The translations under genes were made by a program, and so were the position numbers. 64,000 nt of DNA from Macrostomum lignano. Its lineage: Eukaryota. Positions 12,761 to 22,400 of the stretch are shown here, one piece after another. The stretch's first letter is position 1. Every line of letters begins with the position of its first letter. The stretch spans positions 124,001-188,000 of the forward strand of contig NIVC01000571.1 of the NCBI GenBank assembly GCA_002269645.1. Reading direction: 5' to 3'. The notes below the pieces were generated by a model, which worked only from the letters and a program-made list of their open reading frames with translations, had not been told where the DNA came from and searched no databases.

Positions 12761-13883
12761 CGATGGAGTGACCGAGGGCGGCTGTTGGCTGCGGACAGGC
12801 AGGTAGTGAAGCGGCGATGCGCTGGAGCGACGAGGCGCTGATGTAGCTCAGTTGATGCTCAGGATGCTGGGCGGTATCAGACCGCGGGCCGGCAGATGAG
12901 CTCGCCTGGGGAGCTTGGGAACTTGGCGATATCGGACCGCTGGCCGACAGATGAGCTCGCCTGGGGAGCTAGGGAACTTGGCGGTATCGGACCGCGGGCC
13001 GGCAGAGATTCGTCCTTGACGAATGGGGGGTCAGATCAACGTCTGACGGCAAGTCCAAAGATAGGACGATGAGAAAACCTTCTGAGGATTCTCACGCTGA
13101 AAATCACTTCCTTAAATAGTCATCACAACCGCCGCTCCAAGGTCGTTTCCATGATTCCCTCTCTCTGATTGGCTGCCGGGAAAATGACGTCAGAATGAGT
13201 CATGATGAGAAGCATGAGAACGGCATAGCAACATGAGAAATGGGAAAATTGCGCAATCCGGAGGAGGGGTGGGGGATAATGAGCACAGCGGGGGTCGAAG
13301 AAGTGTTGCGCAAGCAAACATTGAAAACAATGGGATTCAGACCGAGAACAAAGGAAATGGAAATCGGGGATAATTGGGGAGAACCGAGAACAATAGAAAA
13401 GTGGGTGTCACATGAAAAATCTTGAGAAGAGAACAATAGCATGAGAAAAGGATGCATGAGTCATCGGGGTGAAGGAGGGGTCAGAGGCCTTGCGTCACCG
13501 CTTGGGATTCTAAAAGGAGATGGGGCGACGGTGAGCACAAGCATTACTGTAAGTAAGCACGGTATGAGAAGGGGACAGCGCAAGAAAAACGGGCTGAAAC
13601 ATGGTGAGAAAGATGAGGAATGCGAGTAGTACATGATACATGCGTGGGGCGCGTGAAAAATGGGGGAGGCAGACGAGGTGCACGAGAAAAGGGGGCTCCG
13701 GAAAGGCGCGTGTGGCTGAGTGGGAGACGGAACCGAGACAGCAGGGGGACGCAACGGGAGTCAGTTGGTCTGGTTAGGGACCCGGCCCTGTCTCTACAGC
13801 TCCGCCCGGTGGGTCAAAGGAGATCTGGGAGATTTCGAAAAATTTCCCTCACCAGATCCCGCGACCAGAGCGTGGTTACATCA
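11801..13883 (-). mobile_element. Solo-LTR-like insertion (2,083 bp), probably Gypsy-type
   Basis: Starts TGATGTAACC (11801) and ends GGTTACATCA (13883), a 10-bp inverted repeat. 4-bp TSD AATT (11797-11800, 13884-13887). No transposase or RT ORF. Contains (GA)n at about 12720, about 55-bp repeats at 12880-13010 and a Pol II promoter-like cluster. Confidence 0.7.
13111..13202 (-). promoter_or_regulatory. LTR promoter cluster: AP-1, CRE, CCAAT, TATA-like
   Basis: On the minus strand in 5'-3' order: TGACTCA (13202-13196), TGACGTCA (13192-13185), CCAAT (13172-13168), TATTTAAG (13118-13111). Order and spacing fit a minus-strand promoter. Confidence 0.6.
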
Positions 13884-13917
13884 AATTGTTATACTGTACA
13901 GCTTCATTGATAAGCTG

Positions 13918-14490
13918 AATGCTATCTGGGGGATGCTTGCGGTCTGGGGGATGCTTGCGGTCTGGGGGATGCTTGCGGTCTGGGGGATGCTTGCGGTCTG
14001 GGGGATGCTTGCGGTCTGGGGGATGCTTGCGGTCTGGGGGATGCTTGCGGTCTGGGGGATGCTTGCGGTCTGGGGGATGCTTGCGGTCTGGGGGATGCTT
14101 GCTATCTGGGGGATGCTTGCTATCTGGGGGATGCTTGCGGTCTGGGGGATGCTTGCTATCTGGGGTTGTTTGCTATCTGGGGGATGCTTGCGGTCTGGGG
14201 GATGCTTGCGGTTTGGGGGATGCTTGCGGTCTGGGGGATGCTTGCTATCGTGGGGATGCTTGCGGTTTGGGGGATGCTTGCGGTCTGGGGGATGCTTGCG
14301 GTTTGGGGGATGCTTGCGGTCTGGGGGATGCTTGCTATCTTGGGGATGCTTGCGGTCTGGGGGATGCTTGCGGTCTGGGGGGATGCTTGCGGTCTGGGGG
14401 ATGCTTGCTATCTGGGGGATGCTTGCTATCTTGGGGATGCTTGCGGTCTGGGGGATGCTTGCGGTCTGGGGGATGCTTGCGGTCTGGAGA
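13918..14490. repeat. 18-bp minisatellite variant GGGGATGCTTGCGGTCTG, about 31 copies
   Basis: Same family as 3515-4085 with TA>GG substitution in most units; some units keep GCTATC. Confidence 0.95.
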
Positions 14491-14835
14491 TGGCTTTCTC
14501 TACCCATTATAGATGCCTCTGCACCTATTGCATATCTACATTCATTTTTTATATCAATAGATACCAAGATAATATCTTACAGATGAAACTAGAGAAAGAG
14601 CCTCTACCATATTGTAGTGAAGGTAAATTATCAATATGTAAATCATTAAGCATACATGTATAAAGCACAATGGATCAAAGCATGCAGTCACGCAAAAAGT
14701 ACTCAAGTGAGCTTAGGTATATCATCCTCAGTGCGTTTAGATTTAGAATACAGTCTCGCTGCGGGCTGTTTACAGTGCACTGTACTGAGCTGTCAAACAA
14801 TCTTATGTAGCAATGAATTGCAGTCCGTGGTGGGC

Positions 14836-15321
14836 TCATAGCTCCTCGCCGAGGTCGCAGATGCTCTCTGCAATCAGCCGGTAGGACACCCGGCCGTCAC
14901 CATCGGCGGGAAATGTGTTCAACAAGGCGTCGAGCTCCTCGTCCGTCAGCGGCTCGCCTTTGGTGGTGAGCAGATGGCGCAAATCCTGCATGTTGATGTA
15001 GCCATCGCCGTTGTGGTCCAGCACCTTGATGGCGTCCGCGAGCTCCCCCACGGAGCCCTGCTCCTTGGGGTAGCGCAGCATGACCTGGTAGAACTCGTCA
15101 AAGTCCATCGTGCCGTTGCCGTCCGTGTCCACCTCGGCGATGAGCTTCTGCAGTTCGGACTCGGTGGGCAGGCGGCCCAGCGCGCGCATCACGGCGCCCA
15201 GCGTGTCGTTGTCGATGTTGCCGTCGCCGTACTTGTCGAACAGGGAGAACACGTCATTCCACCGCGTCAGCTCCTCCTCGCTCACCTCGGGCTCGTCGGC
15301 CGGGTTCGTGGCAGCTGCCAT
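14836..15321 (-). CDS. Calmodulin-like EF-hand protein (161 aa, intronless)
   Basis: Four EF-hand positions: DKYGDGNIDNDT, DTDGNGTMDFDE (canonical), DHNGDGYINMQD, PADGDGRVSYRL. Calmodulin-like helices (VMRALGRLPTESEL, LRHLLTTKGEPLTDEE). Confidence 0.92.
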   Translation of the reverse strand: MAAATNPADEPEVSEEELTRWNDVFSLFDKYGDGNIDNDTLGAVMRALGRLPTESELQKLIAEVDTDGNGTMDFDEFYQVMLRYPKEQGSVGELADAIKVLDHNGDGYINMQDLRHLLTTKGEPLTDEELDALLNTFPADGDGRVSYRLIAESICDLGEEL

Positions 15322-16613
15322 GTGGGTTGAGACTGCTTTCAGGATACCGGCTGGTGCTCAGGACTGAGCGGTGAGAGCTGGCGAGTTGGGGAGCTCAGAG
15401 ATGAGGCGGCAAGGCTACGCGGTCAGAAAATGGGATTGCCAAGAATCCACAAAACACGCTGCGGAGAACAAAATAAAGAAGAGCGGGGGCCGGGAATGAG
15501 GGACCGGGGTGTCTGGGGAGGAAAACAATGCGCTTGGACTGGCAACAAAATTTGAGCGCTAAACTGCTCTGCCCCGTCTCCCCCCCTCGCTTCTTGTTGC
15601 CCTGACAACTTGAGTAGCCTCGCGCATCCAACCCCAGCCCTCACAGCAGCAAGCCGCAGCAGCAGCAGGCGTGGCCGCGACCCCGCCAATGCCGAAGCAA
15701 CTCTCAGACTGAGGTGCGGCGCGCAGGGCTGCATCAAATTGGCCATTCAAAGACTCAAGATGAGGGGGGGGGGGCAGAGAGCAGAGAAAATAGCAAGTTG
15801 GCAACAATATGCTCACTGCGCTCTGTCGGACACAAAAAGGCTTGCTCAAAGAGAGAGAGAGACGCTGTTTGAAGATTCAGTTTAAAGTAGAGACCCGCGC
15901 AATGCCGAGACAGCCGCGTCTTTTCCTGTCCTCACCCAGCGCAGACCTGCCTCTGCCTTGAATAGGCCAGCAGATGCCGCTCCGGCGTGTCTCACAGCGG
16001 ACAAAGCCAGTCCCTGTCAACCCCCACCCTTCCCTGGGCTCTCTTGCAAGCTTTTGCCTGCAACCCCGTGTAGCAGCCAGTGGCTACTGATAGTAGGCAC
16101 TTCAGTCAGTACCACTCGAAATGAAAATTAAACAAGCAGAAACCATGAAAAGCTTTGCGATGCATAAATCAGGGGATGCCTCATAAACAGGGTCCTGAGG
16201 GCTGAATGAGTCATGTGTCGGCATTATTATTATTTTATATCAAATTTAAAAAGCCACGAGCGGTCGGTATTAACAGCAATAATATATGTACTAATTACAA
16301 ACGCTAAAAAAGCACTGTTACATGTCGAAATTGATTGTACCTGTAAAAATTTGAAAAATTGCATTGCTAGGAAATAAAACGAGTTGATGCAAATCGGGAC
16401 TGGCAGCAGAGCAAGGTTAGCGAAAAATCTATCCGTCTAAAAATCAATTTACAAACAAAAACCGGGCCTGTGCAGCCTCAGCTGGCTCATATTAGAGAAA
16501 TATTATAAACTGCAGGGCATGTGCACACGGGCCGAACTTCAGGGAACAGAATAAACTCTATTGACCAGCAGCAGAGATTAAACGAGGCCGAATCAATCAA
16601 TCTCAGCCTGCCG

Positions 16614-18218
16614 TCACAGCCGCCGCTGTCTGCTGGAGAAGGCGTTCGCCCGTCGAAGCAGCGGTGCCGTCGTGCGGACTCGGCGAAGCCGCAGTGCTGA
16701 GCTGCCACAGCCTTCGCCGATGCTCCTCGCCGTGTCATCGTCACCATCGCCTACAGGCGGGGAGACAACGGCGACCACGGTGACATCAGCGGCGGGGCTG
16801 CCGAAGCCGGGCGGCGGCGTCAGGACCAGCGAGCCGGGGCGACAGCCGCTCAACGAGGATTCGGTGCTGGACGGCAGCAGGGAGGACTTGTAGGACGAGG
16901 CCGAGGAGGGCGACTGGTTGGTCGGTCCGACCCGGCGGAGGCTCCAAGCCGGCAGTCTGTGCCGCAGGCGCAGTCGACGCGTCGAAGGCGCCGATGGAGG
17001 AGGCGGGGGCGGCGGGGGCGGTGGAGTTGCGGACAGCAGCGAGGAGGTCGAAGTCGGCGTGGCGGCCGAGCCGACGAGTCGGAAGCTGCTGGCGGCGCTG
17101 CTGAAGTCCAGGCCGGCGAGGTCCGGGTTCACCGGCGCGCCGCCCACAAGGCCGCCGCTGGCCAGGGGGCTGCAGCGGCTGTTGTGCAGCAGCGGCGAGT
17201 TGACGGCGAAGCTGCCGATAGACGGCGACGAAGACGCTGGCGAGAGGAAGTCGCTGACCCGGCCGGCTTCCGTGTCGACGGTGGTGCTCGGCGACGGCTC
17301 GGCCAGCAGGCGGGCGAGCAGCTGGCGCGAGTAGGGCGGCATCGCCGACTCGCCTGGCAGCTGGGCGTCCAGCTGCGGTTGAGCTGCCGCCCGTTGGTGC
17401 GGTGTTGAAGAGGCTGCTGCCGGGGCCGTTGCCGTAGCCGCTGTTGACGGCACCGCCGCCGAGCTCTGGAGCGTCAGGCGAACTTCGTCGCCAAATAGTT
17501 CTCTGGTGCTGTCGCCAACACCGGCGCCGGCGCCACGGTCTCTCGAAGGATCCGCCGGAGTCGCCGATGCCGCAGCGGCCGACCGGGCAGCCGCTGAAGC
17601 GGCCGCGGCCTCGATCTCCGCGGACACGTTGTACCAGTCGATGGTCTCCGACCGGTTTAGATCAGAACCCGACGTCGCGGCCACCGCAGCTGCCGCAGCT
17701 GCCGCAGTGACATCCGGTGAAAAGTCGGCGGCAGCCACGCGCTGGCAGAAGTCGCAGTCGCAATTCTGCCGCCGCTCACCGGCGGACTCTCCGCTGTCCG
17801 GCCGAGTTGAAACGGACGAGTTGGCGACGGAGAAGACGGCAGACCTGTCCGCGGCTGCTCGAGCGCCGCCTCGATTCGCCCCGCCGCCGAGCACGAGCGA
17901 TTCGCCGCCGCTGCTGGCGATGCCGCTCAGAGATGGAGAGGCCGAACTGAAGAGCAGCGGGTGGACGGTCTCGTACAGCTGGTCGCTGAGCAGCTGCGGT
18001 CCGGGCCTGGTGTGCCCGGCCACAGCCCGGACAGGTGGCAGGTAGTACAGCGGAGCATCCGGTGCCCTCGCCAGCCAGGAGGTCGCGGTGGAAGCCGACG
18101 CTGCCTGAGTGGCAGATGCGACGGCTGCGGCTTCGGAGCTGCGCTTAGCCGCCGGGCCACCCCGGAGACGATCCCTCAGGGCCACCAGCGGGTGCCTCCT
18201 CAGCCGGCTGTCCTTCAT
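16614..18218 (-). CDS. Uncharacterised low-complexity Ala/Ser/Pro-rich protein (534 aa)
   Basis: Long ATG-initiated GC-rich ORF with AT-rich 3' flank, resembling the other exons. No recognisable domain; overlapping antisense ORFs make strand and frame uncertain. Confidence 0.5.
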   Translation of the reverse strand: MKDSRLRRHPLVALRDRLRGGPAAKRSSEAAAVASATQAASASTATSWLARAPDAPLYYLPPVRAVAGHTRPGPQLLSDQLYETVHPLLFSSASPSLSGIASSGGESLVLGGGANRGGARAAADRSAVFSVANSSVSTRPDSGESAGERRQNCDCDFCQRVAAADFSPDVTAAAAAAAVAATSGSDLNRSETIDWYNVSAEIEAAAASAAARSAAAASATPADPSRDRGAGAGVGDSTRELFGDEVRLTLQSSAAVPSTAATATAPAAASSTPHQRAAAQPQLDAQLPGESAMPPYSRQLLARLLAEPSPSTTVDTEAGRVSDFLSPASSSPSIGSFAVNSPLLHNSRCSPLASGGLVGGAPVNPDLAGLDFSSAASSFRLVGSAATPTSTSSLLSATPPPPPPPPPPSAPSTRRLRLRHRLPAWSLRRVGPTNQSPSSASSYKSSLLPSSTESSLSGCRPGSLVLTPPPGFGSPAADVTVVAVVSPPVGDGDDDTARSIGEGCGSSALRLRRVRTTAPLLRRANAFSSRQRRL

Positions 18219-19359
18219 GCCTATCTGATTCAGTTGGTGCTTGTGGCCTGCGATTTGATTTCAGCTGAGGGCGCACCAAAGCGGGGCTGCGGGCCAGAGT
18301 TAGTGGGGGACTGCAGTTCTGCGAATATAGCAGAAGGGGTGCTGAATTGGGGGTGAGAGGGGAAGACTTTTATGGCGTGGCTGGGCTGTGCAGAGGGGCA
18401 GAGAGGACGGGCGGACAGAGGTGGAGAACTGATGTACATTGCCAGTTGTACAGACAAGCAAACGCTTGCACAAAACTTCATTTGAATTTTAGCCTATTTG
18501 CAATTCAGACCTGACTGTCTGACTTATCTAAGCACTCCTACGACCTTCACGCCATCGTTAATGAGCCACCGCTCAGTCACTTTTGACCGGCTAATGTACA
18601 AAGCCATTAAAATCGAAGCGCAAGTCGCGGCGGTCTCTCATTCCTTATTGAGGCGCAGCAAAACTGATACGATTCTTAGAAAGCTAATCAGAAGTCAACC
18701 GAACGATAAAGTTTTTAATTCGTTGTCCTTGAAGTTTATCAGTAAAGCCACTTGCATTCCTTATAGCTATCCTTATAGTGTGGAGCCGTATATTATAAAC
18801 GTGATGCAACTCTGCATCGGCAGCGGGAATGCCTCTAGAAGCAAACAGACATGCAGAAGCCATCCGGGTGGCAGCTCTGAAGGGGCGCTGCGGCTCCATG
18901 CCTGTTTAGAATTCGTATCGCAGTCTCCCTGGACAGAAGCAGATATATTTGACATTGTTCCCTCTATTCTGCTCTATGTTGAAACGCAAGCCCCCCTTGC
19001 TGTGCAGCCTCCCAATGCGCCAATCAATAAGCAAAAATGCATCTCCCACATTAGGAAGTCTGTTATCCCCCATCATGCAGCTTCATCAAATGCTTTTGAG
19101 AGCAGCAGCCCCCCCCCTGCGCCTGCCCACCGGTCTCAGCTGCTGGTAGACAGCGGCAACAAATGGGACCTGCTGGACAAACTCGGGCTTTTTCATTCCA
19201 TTTGCTTTTTTATTATCACAATTGCAGATATCCCCGCTGACCGCGCATCCCACTGGCCCTCTGCCCCACTCCCCGCTCCCTGGCTCTTGAGAACTAGCCG
19301 ATGCCAGTAGCTCAAACAGCTGCTCACCCTCTCCTTGGCCCGGACCCAGCCCTGACCGG

Positions 19360-19373
19360 GTTGCTATGACAAC
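19360..19373. promoter_or_regulatory. RFX X-box motif GTTGCTATGACAAC
   Basis: Exact match to GTHNYYATRRNAAC, about 100 bp upstream of the ATG at 19477. Confidence 0.55.
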
Positions 19374-19476
19374 AGTGTAGCTAAACAAAAGCCCCAACTT
19401 AAGCCGTCTCTCTAGAGACGTGGGCGAGAGACACCCATTCTGCTATCTGCATCAAAGCGAAAAGTCACTGACTGGA

Positions 19477-22400
19477 ATGAGCTCGCCCGACCCCATTGCT
19501 GTCCGTAAGTCTTAAAGCCGCAAGTAGCATTTTACTCCTACGACGTTCTGGGACTCACTGATGATTCAGATGAGATTCTGAGAATCACTGATGATTCAGA
19601 TGAGATTCTGAGAATCATTGTTGATGATTCAGATGAGATTTCGAGACTCACTGATGGTCCAATTGAGGAGACTCCGGTAGTCACTGATCCGGTTAAATGG
19701 ACACTGAGAGTCAGTCACTGATATAGACTGAGGCACTGACAGTCACAACTGATCCAACCGCGCATCCTCCTCACCTTCAGCAGCTGGCCGCTGGATTCTG
19801 CCGCTGGTGCTGCTGACGGCGCTGCTGCCCGCCTGCTGCCGGGCAGAGAACAGCGCAATGTGCGCGACGCCGGCCAGCGGCTGGGAGTCCACCTACCTGT
19901 CGGACATCGGAATGTGCGTGTACACCCAGGACTTTGCCACCCGCGCCAGGTTCGGCTTCGCCGACAGCCAGGCGAATTGCGCGGCCGCCACGAGCACCAC
20001 GGGCCTGGCCAAGCTGGCCGAGCCGCACACGGAGCAGAAGCAGATCCAGCTGCTCAACGCCATGCTGAAGAAGTCGCTTGGCTATTTGCGAATCTGGACT
20101 GGGGCCTCGTGCGATGGTGAGTCGGGGGCTTGCGGCCTCCTGTGATGGTGAGGGGGGCTTGGGGTCTCGTGTGATGGTGAGAGGGGCTTGGGGACTCGTG
20201 TAATGGTGAGGCGGGCTTGGGCCTCGTGTGATGGTGAGTCGGGGGCTTGCGGCCTCCTGTGATGGTGAGGGGGGCTTGGGGTCTCGTGTGATGGTGAGAG
20301 GGGCTTGGGGTCTCGTGTGATGGTGAGGGGGGCTTGCGGCCTCGTGTGATGGTGAGTCGGGGGCTTGCGGCCTCCTGTGATGGTGAGGGGGGCTTGGGGT
20401 CTCGTGTGATGGTGAGAGGGGCTTGGGGTCTCGTGTGATGGTGAGGGGGGCTTGGGCCTCCTGTGATGGTGAGGGGGGCTTGGGGTCTCGTGTGATGGTG
20501 AGAGGGGCTTGGGGTCTCGTGTGATGGTGAGGGGGGCTTGCGGCCTCGTGTGATGGTGAGGGGGGCTTGCGGCCTCCTGTGATGGTGAGGGGGGCTTGGG
20601 GTCTCGTGTGATGGTGAGAGGGGCTTGGGGTCTCGTGTGATGGTGAGGGGGCTTGGGGTCTCGTGTAATGGTGAGGGGGCTTGGGGTCTCGTGTAATGGT
20701 GAGGGGGCTTGGGGCCTCGTGTAATGGTGAGGGGGGCTTGGGGTCTCGTGTGATGGTGAGGCGGGCTTGGGGCCTCGTCTGATGGTGAGGGTTGGGGGTT
20801 CACAGCCTATTCGCGGCGCCTGCATCCCCGTCAGTAGTCAGTAGAGTATTTATTGCTCAGAGACTTCCCCACCTCACCCGCTACCATTTTCCGCAGTCGC
20901 GAGCTCCCGCTTCGTCTGGTCGACTGGAAGCCCCGTCACGCCGCTGGTGGCCTGCAGCAGCGCCACCGCCCGACTGTACTTCAGCGGCGAACCGACCACT
21001 GACTACTCTTCCTTTGTGTCCAGCTTCGTTGGAACCACAAACCTTAGCCTCACCTACGTGCAGTTGTGCGAGTATGGAGGTGAGCCATGGGAGACTCAGC
21101 GATTGGGCGGAGTCGCTCCTCTTTTCCGGAAAATCACGGCCAGTCAAGCTCAAGCGTTAAGCCATATCCCATCAAGCCTATTTCCATCAAGCGTTAAGCC
21201 ATACCCTATCAAGCCTTATTCCATCAAGCGTACAGCCTACCCCAGTCCCCAACAAGCGTTCAGCCCCGTCTCATCTTGCGCACAGCTCGAACGCCGCCCG
21301 CCCCGACCACTCAGCCCCGCAGTGCGACCCATTCACGGTCAGCAGCTATAACAACGCCACCATGCGGCTCAGCGCCACCGCCTACGCCAACCGGACGGTG
21401 CGCTTTAACTGCGCGCCCGGTTTCTACCGGCCCTCGGAGATCGTGCTGGTTGGCGGCGCTGTGGATAAGACCGCCACGGCTTCCAACAACCTCTTCCACT
21501 GCAACTTCGTGCCCGGAGGCACCGACGGCCGCGGCACCGCCAGCTTTGTGCAGGTCGGCAGCATGCTGCCGCTAGAGCAATGCCAGCGTGAGTTTCCCGC
21601 GCTCCACGGATGCTCTGTCTGGGTGGTGTCCAGGGACAAGCGCTGCTGAAGCTGGCGGTGCCGAAGCTGCTGCAGTATCTAATTTGTCCCAAACTAAAGT
21701 ACATGAATAGGCAGGGCACAGCGTTGCTAAGCAAAAAATCCGAGAGTAGTGGAGAAAACTTTACCTCCAATATATTTGGTAATCTGGTAATTCTCGCTCG
21801 AAAAAAGTCCCGCTAGTCATACTCTCGTATCTCGATGTGCAGCCAGCAACGCTGCCCTCTTCTTAGCATTGATGAGAAGTTGGAAAGCAAGAGCGAGGTG
21901 CTGTTTCTTGGTGTCAAGTCAACGGTTTAGTGCCTTTAGCTCATCAAACTTTCCAGTTGCATTTACTTCATCACAAACATTCGTTAAGGCAATGTTACCA
22001 TAAACAAAATTTCTATCTCAAAATAAATGACGCGCAGGTGGTTGCGCTTCTAATAATCCTCCTTGATAGCCTGAATCTCTGGGTCGCCGATAGGTCAGTC
22101 GGTCGTGTGTCTTCTGTCAGTTGCTTCTCCTCAGTCCCCAGTGTGTCATGCTTAAGTGTGTCTTCAGCATGACAAACTCGTGATGCTACTGCTGTCAGTA
22201 GGAACTAAACCACCTTCTGTCCAACCACCTCAAACCCATGCAGCTAGCAGCTGCCAGGGCTGGGTGCTGCTTAACCAGACCATCATCCAGGATGTGGAGG
22301 ACTACAAATCGGGCGTGGAGGCTAACCGCAACTACAATTTCGGCGAGGTCATCCCGCTGCAGTGCAAGCGCGGCTACGTCAGCGTCACTGACGAAATGAG

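Noticed and set aside
14974-15330. Plus-strand ORFs overlapping the calmodulin-like gene, and antisense ORFs over the transposase, aminopeptidase and nova exons
   Set aside because: Shadow ORFs expected opposite GC-rich coding sequence; no independent motifs.
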